Below the pieces are notes generated by a model, which searched no databases, was not told the DNA's origin, and saw nothing but the letters and a program-made list of their open reading frames with translations. This document shows positions 19,898-26,750 of a DNA stretch of 43,983 nucleotides, in pieces. Location: the IMG/VR virus record IMGVR_UViG_3300027571_000963, positions 1 through 43,983 of that record; one strand, 5' to 3'. The translations under genes were made by a program, and so were the position numbers. This stretch comes from a virus (Duplodnaviria; Caudoviricetes). Position 1 is the stretch's first letter, and each line of letters opens with the position of its first letter.

Positions 19898-20277
19898 CTA
19901 CGCATAGCTGCTATTTCTTTGGCATCTTCTTTGCGATCTGCAAACACTGGAACCATGTTAGATTTGTGCATAGTGGCCACACCCAACAGTTTACGTTCAC
20001 CAGTGTATTTTACTTGTTCACGTGCAGGACCATGACATGCAACGCGATTGCTCAGTGCAGCGGTTGCTTGATGTTCACGATAGTCTGGGATTTCATTTAG
20101 CCCAATACGTTTACCCCACTTATCATACAGTGCGTCTTTGTTCTTACCAACGCCCATGCTTTCTAGCCAGGCTTCGTGATCCGCCTGTGCCTTTGCTAGA
20201 CGTTTGCTTTTGCTTTTCTTTTGCTTGCCGTTATATCGTGTAGTGGTGATATGGGCTTTTTCTAGATGCATAGTCAT
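19894..20277 (-). CDS. Conserved T4-like phage protein (ATMHKSNMVPV); start revised
   Basis: Promoter TTGACA (20330-35)/TATAGT (20306-11) lies inside the longer ORF, so ATG 20277 is preferred. Confidence 0.7.
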   Translation of the reverse strand: MTMHLEKAHITTTRYNGKQKKSKSKRLAKAQADHEAWLESMGVGKNKDALYDKWGKRIGLNEIPDYREHQATAALSNRVACHGPAREQVKYTGERKLLGVATMHKSNMVPVFADRKEDAKEIAAMRR

Positions 20278-20360
20278 GATAAACCACCTTTGTTGTATAC
20301 GCTTCACTATAGCATATTTCAAGGGTGTCTGTCAACTAGTTTAGTTAACGGCCAGTGCCA

Positions 20361-20942
20361 TTAATATAACTGATCTATATCCTTCCAGTCTCCAGCAACA
20401 TAGTTAATAATAACACTACGGCGAGTATCGTCAACCATATTTTTTTCAACGCCGTGTAATACATTCCCATATGCCCAAGTTAACCAGCCAGTGTTGTGCT
20501 TAAACAAATTAGTATGTACTAGTTCGCCTGTATCACGGTCGTAAAAACTAGTACCCCAGTTATCACTTCCGCCGCCTAAGTATATTTGTAATGTAATAAG
20601 TTTTTCAGGAATATCAATATGACGGTCTAGATAAAACCCAGGACCATCTTGACATAGTTCGACACGTAACCTGCCAGCACTACAATCAACACCAGTCAAA
20701 TTAGTAAAAAACTGTCTGGCGTGATCAGTATCCCAATCACTAAAGAATGCTGCTAGTTCTGGAGTTTCTTCGCGATTAGCAAATGTGCGTACTTCGTTTG
20801 TACATGCACGTCTACCATCGTAATTAATAATGTAAGGTTCTGGAAAGAATTCCATTAAGTCAGTTATAAAATTATATGTAAATGCATGGCTTACACTCAC
20901 CCAGTCTCCCGGATAAGTGTGCCGTTTATATTCAATTAGCAT
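20361..20942 (-). CDS. 2OG-Fe(II) oxygenase
   Basis: HxD (HID), ITLQIYL, distal H (LHGV), RxS (RRS). Confidence 0.85.
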   Translation of the reverse strand: MLIEYKRHTYPGDWVSVSHAFTYNFITDLMEFFPEPYIINYDGRRACTNEVRTFANREETPELAAFFSDWDTDHARQFFTNLTGVDCSAGRLRVELCQDGPGFYLDRHIDIPEKLITLQIYLGGGSDNWGTSFYDRDTGELVHTNLFKHNTGWLTWAYGNVLHGVEKNMVDDTRRSVIINYVAGDWKDIDQLY

Positions 20943-21805
20943 TATTTGTTAATCCTGCTGTCTGCTATTTTGTTTCCTAGGAAACGACTATGTACCCACA
21001 TTTGTTGTCCTGTCATATTTTCAACAAACCACCATTCACCTTGCTTACTGATGATGTCAAGTTCAGTACCTTTTGGTAATTGCATTACAACACTGTAGTT
21101 TGTGCCGGGACCACTGCGTCCATTTAAATAATCATTCACTTTAGCAACATACCATGTAAATGAAATGTTGTCATCTGCTCTGCTATTATTGAGCTGATCG
21201 TAAATTCTATGGTTCATCGCTGGGCCCGGATCCGTCTTACGTCCCGGTGAAATCATGTCGTGCCCGACAACTTCTACAATATTAAAACGGTCCACAATAA
21301 CTTTACCAAGTGTTAACAATACTTCGTTTTGTTCTGGAGTAAACATCTCCCATCCATATACTGGCCCGCTTGGATTGTTTTGGTGCGGTGCTTCAATAAC
21401 ATTGTCAGCTGGCCAAGTCGCTCCCCACCAAGTTTTATAACCACCTTTGGTAATAGTTAGTGGACCAGGATTGCAAACTTCAATACCAATACTACAATCA
21501 TTTAGATTGTTAACACCTGCCCATGTGCTTTTACCGGCATGCCATGCCTTGGTTTCTAAACTTACGCTCTGAGTTAACGTACCGTCACGACTTAAATTCA
21601 AGTGTGCGCTTACTTTGGCTTCTGGCTTTTGGAAATATGCTGCTGTACCGTGAGCGTCTGTTGCGCCAGCAGTGTAGTGTATAACCAAAAATTTTGGACG
21701 CATTAGTCCGCCTTGATTTGGTGTTGGGAAAAAGTCTACTTGTTTCCAGGTACCAGGGGTCCTTGCTTCAAAAACTAGGCCCTCTTCGATTTTATAATCG
21801 GTCAT
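20942..21805 (-). CDS. N-acetylmuramoyl-L-alanine amidase with C-terminal SH3b domain (endolysin)
   Basis: VIHYTA, SAH, AWHAG, SIGIE, GH...RKTDPG; LNGRSGPGTNY SH3b motif. Confidence 0.93.
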   Translation of the reverse strand: MTDYKIEEGLVFEARTPGTWKQVDFFPTPNQGGLMRPKFLVIHYTAGATDAHGTAAYFQKPEAKVSAHLNLSRDGTLTQSVSLETKAWHAGKSTWAGVNNLNDCSIGIEVCNPGPLTITKGGYKTWWGATWPADNVIEAPHQNNPSGPVYGWEMFTPEQNEVLLTLGKVIVDRFNIVEVVGHDMISPGRKTDPGPAMNHRIYDQLNNSRADDNISFTWYVAKVNDYLNGRSGPGTNYSVVMQLPKGTELDIISKQGEWWFVENMTGQQMWVHSRFLGNKIADSRINK

Positions 21806-21999
21806 TTATTGATTTCTCTCTTTAATAGAGTCCAAGCACCATAAGCAATTGCAATATATGCTGCCCATTGCGCTAGTGGTGCTAGTACCAAATATGCTAC
21901 GCCAACACCAATAAGAACTGCACCGTCCCACGTTGTACGTTCTGTCCATAGTCCAGCAAGTTGTTCTTTAAGATAAGCAAAAATAAAATTAAAGTCCAT
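21802..21999 (-). CDS. Small membrane protein, holin candidate
   Basis: Two hydrophobic segments; ATGA overlap with the amidase; TAAATA at 22024-22029. Confidence 0.55.
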   Translation of the reverse strand: MDFNFIFAYLKEQLAGLWTERTTWDGAVLIGVGVAYLVLAPLAQWAAYIAIAYGAWTLLKREINK

Positions 22000-22055
22000 T
22001 TAATAGATCTCCTCTGTTGTCAATATTTATATATTGATATTATTGGCAAGTCAAT

Positions 22056-22130
22056 AAAAAGGGAGGCTAACAGTTGCCCCCCGCGGGCTTATTAAGTAGC
22101 CACCCTAATCCTAATCGTAGTGTCCACGAA
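22056..22130 (-). ncRNA. Candidate ~70-nt sRNA (promoter-terminator unit without ORF)
   Basis: TAAATA at 22132-22137, two small hairpins, then a GC-rich terminator with U5 tail at 22056-22082. Confidence 0.4.
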
Positions 22131-22146
22131 GTATTTATTGTAACCT

Positions 22147-22245
22147 TGGAGATGGGGTGGGAATCGAACCCAACTTAAACACTCTGTTTTATCCGCCTGC
22201 CCGTGGATTTTAACAAAACAGCATAGCACACCATGCCAGCCCATC
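22147..22245 (-). ncRNA. tRNA-like RNA with extended anticodon arm
   Basis: GATGGG/CCCATC-T-CCA acceptor, GGG-TTCGATT-CCC T-arm, long CTGTTTT/AAAACAG arm, TAAATA at 22251-22256. Confidence 0.6.
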
Positions 22246-22257
22246 AAACTTATTTAG

Positions 22258-22374
22258 TTAAAAGATTATGATTAGAAAAAGGATAATGAAAACCCAAAAC
22301 CAAAATTTATTACCTTCTTCTTGGCATACTCTACAGGGTTTATTACCTTTATAATTGTGTTTACGACAAGCCAT
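22258..22374 (-). CDS. 38-aa C-terminally anchored Cys/His peptide (MACRKHNYKGNKPCRVCQEEGNKFWFWVFIILFLIIIF)
   Basis: Not in ORF track. AAGGA RBS; CxxH...CxxC followed by a hydrophobic tail. Confidence 0.6.
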   Translation of the reverse strand: MACRKHNYKGNKPCRVCQEEGNKFWFWVFIILFLIIIF

Positions 22375-22390
22375 ATCTTTTCCTTTTGTA

Positions 22391-22560
22391 TTAACCTTGT
22401 TACGGGCGGCATCTGCACAGCCTGAGAAAGCATTTAACGGTTTTACCAGCAGCCTTAGGGGGTCCTACACATTGCGTTGCATCGCGGTCCTAGTCGGGTC
22501 CATTTTTACGCCTGTTGTGACAAAATCTCCATTGTAATTGTCACCCCGTAACAAAGTTAA
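22391..22560 (-). ncRNA. Candidate 170-nt structured RNA
   Basis: 16-bp terminal stem TTAACTTTGTTACGGG/CCCGTAACAAGGTTAA (one G-U on the minus strand); internal GTGACAA/TTGTCAC and GGCGT/ATGCC helices. Confidence 0.55.
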
Positions 22561-22564
22561 TTTA

Positions 22565-22655
22565 TGGCGGGCGGTGTGGGATTCGAACCCACGAGACGCT
22601 CATCACGTCTGACGGTTTAGTAGACCGCTCCATTCGGCCGCTCTGGCAACCGCCC
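22565..22655 (-). tRNA. tRNA-Ser(ACT)
   Basis: Full cloverleaf, GCGGT-CT-ACT-AA-ACCGT, long variable arm, G73, encoded CCA. Confidence 0.9.
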
Positions 22656-22667
22656 GTATCCGTATTT

Positions 22668-22692
22668 TGGTAGGCCCGGAGGCGAACCTTTA
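22668..22692 (-). pseudogene. 3' remnant of a split tRNA (…GGTTCGCCTCCGGGCCTACCA)
   Basis: CGGGCCT-A-CCA pairs with AGGCCTG at 23267-23273. Confidence 0.65.
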
Positions 22693-22722
22693 TTCAAACC
22701 GTAACAGATAAATAACATTACT

Positions 22723-23157
22723 ATGAAATGTATTACCTGTCAACAAGAAACTTCTAATCCTAAGTTTTGCTCTAGATCATGTGCTGCAACATATAACAAC
22801 ACCGGTGTTCGCAGACATGGTGAGGAACCTGGTAATTGCATTTATTGCGGGCAAAAGAAGTCAGGATCAGATAGAAAGTATTGTAGCCAATTGTGTTCTA
22901 GTAATGCAAAGCTAATTTCACCTGAACAAAAACGAGCGTCAAATGCTGCTAGACAAAGCAAATACAGAGCAAAGAAGTATCGTGTATTAGCAGAAAATGC
23001 TGATATACAAAAAATCAAAGCAATATACTCAAACTGTCCTCACGATCATGAAGTGGATCATATTATTCCTCTTAGTAAGGGAGGAACCCATCATGAAGAC
23101 AATTTACAATATCTTCCTAAATTAGTAAATAGACAAAAAGGCAATCGTCTACTTTAG
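22723..23157 (+). CDS. HNH homing endonuclease with N-terminal Cys zinc motifs
   Basis: HEVDHIIPLSKGG.H...NLQ.L....N..KGN; CxxC/FCSxxC repeats; TAAATA at 22709-22714. Confidence 0.9.
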   Translation: MKCITCQQETSNPKFCSRSCAATYNNTGVRRHGEEPGNCIYCGQKKSGSDRKYCSQLCSSNAKLISPEQKRASNAARQSKYRAKKYRVLAENADIQKIKAIYSNCPHDHEVDHIIPLSKGGTHHEDNLQYLPKLVNRQKGNRLL

Positions 23158-23165
23158 TAGTTAAA

Positions 23166-23247
23166 TGGTGCTAGTGGCCGGAATCGAACCGACTTGCCTT
23201 ACGGAAAGCGTTATGAGCGCTCAGGATCCCCATTCTCCATCACTAGC
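23166..23247 (-). tRNA. tRNA with CAT anticodon (Met/Ile2; identity uncertain) and enlarged variable arm
   Basis: GCTAGTG/CACTAGC-A-CCA, GAGCG-CT-CAT-AA-CGCTT, CC-GTAA-GG variable stem, A at position 8. Confidence 0.8.
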
Positions 23248-23273
23248 ATTCTAACCAATTAAGCTACAGGCCT
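23248..23273 (-). pseudogene. 5' remnant of a split Ile-like tRNA (AGGCCTGTAGCTTAATTGGTTAGAAT)
   Basis: Acceptor 5' strand, TAGC and D-loop TGGTTAGA; abuts the CAT tRNA. Confidence 0.65.
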
Positions 23274-23335
23274 GTATTTTTTTCTATTCTGTATAAATAC
23301 TTATAACTAATTTAGCAGCAGGTGTCAACTAAAAA

Positions 23336-23923
23336 ATGCAAGCATATGTATATTCAATATACGATACTGTTAGTGACAAGTATTACTACGGTGTTAGAAA
23401 ATCTACGAAATTTGATCTATTTGAAACTTACTTTACTTCTTCAAAAATAATTAAACGTCTTATAATAGAGTCAGGCACTGACAGATTTATTATTAAAAAA
23501 CGCAAGGTATTCAATTCGTATGAAGAAGCAAGAATATACGAAACAAAATTCCTTAAAAAAGTAGATGTAGTTCATAATGACCGTTTTTATAACCAGGCTG
23601 TTTCATCTCCTCGTCTTTGCAAAAAAGATAGCAACGCTAACCTTATTAGAAGAGAAAAAATCTCTAAGACAATGCAAGAACGTTGGAATGACGATGACTA
23701 CAAATATAATCACCCATTTTTTAATATTACATCCGAGGAAGCATCTGCTAGAGGAAAAGCAGGGGCATTGGCAAGAGCAGAAAAATATAAAAATGGGGAA
23801 CTTACAAAGAAAAATACTCCTAAAACTTATACATCAGTGACTATACATAAAAACGGAATTACTAAAGATATTAAACGCAACCAAGTTCCTGCATACAGGA
23901 AGTATGGTTGGGAAATTTGGTAG
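23336..23923 (+). CDS. GIY-YIG (Seg-like) free-standing homing endonuclease
   Basis: YVY-x10-YYG-R, Y.TSS, conserved E and FYN; TATAAATA at 23292-23299. Confidence 0.85.
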   Translation: MQAYVYSIYDTVSDKYYYGVRKSTKFDLFETYFTSSKIIKRLIIESGTDRFIIKKRKVFNSYEEARIYETKFLKKVDVVHNDRFYNQAVSSPRLCKKDSNANLIRREKISKTMQERWNDDDYKYNHPFFNITSEEASARGKAGALARAEKYKNGELTKKNTPKTYTSVTIHKNGITKDIKRNQVPAYRKYGWEIW

Positions 23924-24011
23924 TCCCACCCGGATTCGAACCGGGGACGCTCTCTAATCTGGAGACGATGCAGGGTATAAGCCTGGTGTTTTACCGCTAA
24001 ACTATAGGACT
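23918..24011 (-). tRNA. tRNA-Ile(TAT) with long variable arm
   Basis: AGTCCTA/TGGGACT-A-CCA, CAGG-CT-TAT-AC-CCTG, ~24-nt variable region with TCTC/GAGA stem. Confidence 0.85.
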
Positions 24012-24018
24012 GTTATTT

Positions 24019-24076
24019 TGGTACGGGCGGTGGGATTCGAACCCACAACGTTTCTAATGTGACAGATTTTAAGTCT
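24019..24076 (-). pseudogene. 5'-truncated tRNA-Leu(TAA)
   Basis: AGACTTAAAATCTG anticodon arm, variable arm, T-arm and CCA present; acceptor 5' strand and D-arm absent. Confidence 0.75.
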
Positions 24077-24096
24077 CACTTCCATTAAAACTCTTT

Positions 24097-24173
24097 TGGC
24101 GACCCCTGAAGGACTCGAACCCTCGGCCTAGTGATTAGAAGTCACTTGCTCTATCCAGCTGAGCTAAGGAGTC
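24097..24173 (-). tRNA. tRNA-Arg(TCT)
   Basis: Canonical cloverleaf, AGTGA-CT-TCT-AA-TCACT, CCA. Confidence 0.95.
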
Positions 24174-24186
24174 AGCAAAAAAGTTT

Positions 24187-24271
24187 TGGTACTCGCAGCC
24201 GGACTCGAACCGGCACGCCTTGTGGGCAACAGATTTTAAGTCTGGTGTGTCTACCATTCCACCATGCGAGC
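24187..24271 (-). tRNA. tRNA-Leu(TAA)
   Basis: Cloverleaf, CAGA-CT-TAA-AA-TCTG, variable arm, A73, CCA. Confidence 0.95.
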
Positions 24272-24281
24272 TCTGTTTATG

Positions 24282-24500
24282 TTATACTTTGAAAATGTTT
24301 GAGGAGTTCCACTTTTCTTCCAGCTTTTCACGATCTGAATTATCGCTGGCTTTAAGTGCGTTTATAAGTGCATTGAGATCACCGTTGTCGATGTCCTGTA
24401 TTCGCTTCTGCACTCTTGTCAACACGTTCTTAATACGTGGGTCGGTAGTGCGATTTAGTTCTTCCTGGATAACGTTGTTAACTTGTGTACCGCTAATCAT
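24282..24500 (-). CDS. Hypothetical protein
   Basis: GGAG RBS; promoter TTGACA (24550-55)-17 nt-TATATT (24527-32), which probably also drives the tRNA array. Confidence 0.7.
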   Translation of the reverse strand: MISGTQVNNVIQEELNRTTDPRIKNVLTRVQKRIQDIDNGDLNALINALKASDNSDREKLEEKWNSSNIFKV

Positions 24501-24578
24501 TGTCTTCTACTCCAACTTATGTATTCAATATAGCGTTTATTGCCTTCTATGTCAATAACTTTTTTTCGATTTTTTTAA

Positions 24579-24842
24579 TTAATTTAACGTTCTTTCTACT
24601 GGGTACATGGGTGTTATTTCATCCATGTGTGCGACTACATACTGCAAGGTGTGTATTATCTCCTCGTTTGATATTACACCTCTATATACGCCTATACTAA
24701 ACTTTAACAATATACTAGCAATTGCAATAGAGTGTTCTTCCGTAGAATCCAATTCTTCAATCTTCGCACGGATAACTCTAGTAAGTTCTCTCATAGTATC
24801 GTCTTTTTCTTCAGTTGTCAATCGTTTATTATAGTTGTACAT
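24579..24842 (-). CDS. Hypothetical protein
   Basis: TAAATA at 24848-24853; an internal start (MRELT) is possible. Confidence 0.6.
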   Translation of the reverse strand: MYNYNKRLTTEEKDDTMRELTRVIRAKIEELDSTEEHSIAIASILLKFSIGVYRGVISNEEIIHTLQYVVAHMDEITPMYPVERTLN

Positions 24843-24912
24843 AATATTATTTATCCAAAGAATAAGGGGGCAAGTTGCCCTGCCCCCTGGTGCCTGTGTT
24901 TTTTATTTTAAA

Positions 24913-25659
24913 TTAGAAACTAAATGCAATGCCAGCCGCTGGGGTGACGTCTTTAGTGTCTACGTTGTAGTTTGCTTCTGCGTATACAGTTGCACCGCCA
25001 ATGGTTGTTTTATAACCAGCGCCAACGTTCTGGAATGCATCATCCTGATCGCCGTTTACGTATGCTGAAACACCATAGTCAGCAAATGTGTATCCTGCTT
25101 CGTAAGCAAGGATGTCACCATATGTTGCCGCTAGACTTACGTCTGCGATCGCATATGCAGCACCGAAAGTTGCATCTTCAGTGTTAAGGTTATAGTCAAC
25201 AACAACAGTTACACCAGCAAATACGCCAGCTGCCTGTACATTTGCTACATCAGTTACGTCTGTAGCTGCATCAGTTAGACCAACTAGAACCTGTACGCCG
25301 CCAAAGCCAGCAGTTAGACTGGTTGCTGCCTCTGCTGGGTTGGCAAGAGTATCGCCGCCAACTTTTTCAAGGCCGGCGCCAAGTTGGAAGAGGTCTTTTT
25401 GGTCACCATATGAAAGTGCTACGCCACCAAGAGTGGTGCCAACTTTCCAACGATCAACATATACGTTGTCATTGCCGTCTACTTTAAGTCCAACTGAAAC
25501 GTTGCCTACAGACGCGGCTGCGCCAAATGATAGTGATGGGGTAGCGGCTACTGTGCCGTTAGTTTCTGTGAAGTCAACTGCTACTTTGCCTGAAAGATCA
25601 GCAGCTTGAGCAGCACCAGCAAATGCGATTACTGATGCGGTAATTAATAGTTTACGCAT
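24913..25659 (-). CDS. Outer-membrane porin-like beta-barrel protein
   Basis: Signal peptide MRKLLITAS...AQA, amphipathic strands, C-terminal AFSF; RBS AAGGA; downstream hairpin at 24864-24889. Confidence 0.85.
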   Translation of the reverse strand: MRKLLITASVIAFAGAAQAADLSGKVAVDFTETNGTVAATPSLSFGAAASVGNVSVGLKVDGNDNVYVDRWKVGTTLGGVALSYGDQKDLFQLGAGLEKVGGDTLANPAEAATSLTAGFGGVQVLVGLTDAATDVTDVANVQAAGVFAGVTVVVDYNLNTEDATFGAAYAIADVSLAATYGDILAYEAGYTFADYGVSAYVNGDQDDAFQNVGAGYKTTIGGATVYAEANYNVDTKDVTPAAGIAFSF

Positions 25660-25767
25660 AAAAATTCCTTTTCGTTTTTCATGATATATTTGCGCTGGAC
25701 AACTCTGTCTCTGGCGCAACTAGTATATTTATTGACATTAACATATATTTTAATGTCTGTCAAGAAT

Positions 25768-25798
25768 GTAGCACACTGATATTTAAACAGTGTGCTAC
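25768..25798. terminator. Hairpin, probable terminator
   Basis: GTAGCACACTG/CAGTGTGCTAC 11-bp stem after the stop at 25820. Confidence 0.55.
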
Positions 25799-25819
25799 TT
25801 TTGCAACAAATCGTGGGGG

Positions 25820-26128
25820 TTACGCTTTGTTGGTTTTGCCGTTTACAAACTCATAAAACTTGTTTGCGGCTTCTAGTACTTTTTCAGCACCTGGCACCTG
25901 TGGCATTTCTACCTTGGTAACAACTTCCCCGTCCTCTTTAGTAACAGCTAATTCATAACCAGCCCATTTGGCATGATAATCTTGCCACGCTTGGTTCTGA
26001 GCCATTTCTAATACTTTGGTACGAATCTCATAGCCATTTTTGTTTGGCTTAACGGTTGGCATTGCTGATTTCATCATAGCCGCCATCTGCTCTAGCATTT
26101 TTGTTGGATCTGTCCATTCATTTGACAT
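25820..26128 (-). CDS. Hypothetical phage protein (NKNGYEIRT...FYEFV)
   Basis: GGAG RBS; clean ORF. Confidence 0.75.
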   Translation of the reverse strand: MSNEWTDPTKMLEQMAAMMKSAMPTVKPNKNGYEIRTKVLEMAQNQAWQDYHAKWAGYELAVTKEDGEVVTKVEMPQVPGAEKVLEAANKFYEFVNGKTNKA

Positions 26129-26210
26129 TTTATTTCTCCGTATGTATGTGTTAAATCCAGTTCTAATAAACTGGTAAAAATATACCTTACGTATACTCTT
26201 AGCAGTTTAC

Positions 26211-26405
26211 TTAGTTAGTAAACTGTTGGATTAATGGCAATGCTGCATTAGCTAGGCCAATTAATACAATTAGTGAGATTATTCCAAATGCTGCCCAGTT
26301 TTTGGTTTTACTCTGGCTACTCATTTTCATTGCAATAATTTCATTACCTAAAATTCGTAGACTAATCTCAAAATTATCTGCTTCTGGTTTTGTTTCTTCT
26401 GTCAT
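26211..26405 (-). CDS. Small membrane protein
   Basis: C-terminal hydrophobic helix; AGGA RBS. Confidence 0.65.
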   Translation of the reverse strand: MTEETKPEADNFEISLRILGNEIIAMKMSSQSKTKNWAAFGIISLIVLIGLANAALPLIQQFTN

Positions 26406-26417
26406 GTTTTTTTCCTA

Positions 26418-26735
26418 AAGTGGGCCCGTTCTGTTGCTACGTGGAACCCATACGCCGCATACCTAATTAGGCTGCAATTGCCATTGCTGGCGCACGATTG
26501 TCATTTGCAATTGTGAATTTTGACCGAATAACGTAGGTCACCACGGTAAACTCCACTTCACTTTCACACCTGTCGATCCTAGTTCAGCCCCATCAAAGAT
26601 ACACTGCCAACCTCAAATAGGAGATTTCGTTGGCCATGCCCAGAACAATGTTCCTTTTTAAACAGTGTATCTGTGGTGGAGCTGTCGGGTACTGCCCCCG
26701 AGTCCAGAATGTGTCCACGTTGCTTCAACGTTTAC
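26418..26735 (-). ncRNA. ssrA: Circularly permuted two-piece tmRNA (alphaproteobacterial type), tag ANDNRAPAMAIAA
   Basis: Acceptor piece ends CAGCTCCACCA (26674) with GGCAGTA T-loop; coding piece starts GGGGCTG (26591), giving G3-U70; tag frame 26508-26467; TATAAATA at 26741-26748. Confidence 0.95.
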
Positions 26736-26750
26736 AATAATATTTATACA

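Noticed and set aside
22355-22537. 60-aa plus-strand ORF
   Set aside because: No RBS or motif; overlaps the structured RNA and the better-supported minus-strand peptide
22391-22560. Retron msr-msd, suggested by the terminal inverted repeats
   Set aside because: No reverse transcriptase (YxDD) gene in the window
22668-23273. Self-splicing group I intron in a tRNA
   Set aside because: The insert is filled by a tRNA and an antisense ORF with no room for a catalytic core, and joining the flanks would not restore an anticodon arm
24220-24558. 112-aa plus-strand ORF
   Set aside because: Antisense to tRNA-Leu and the 24282-24500 gene
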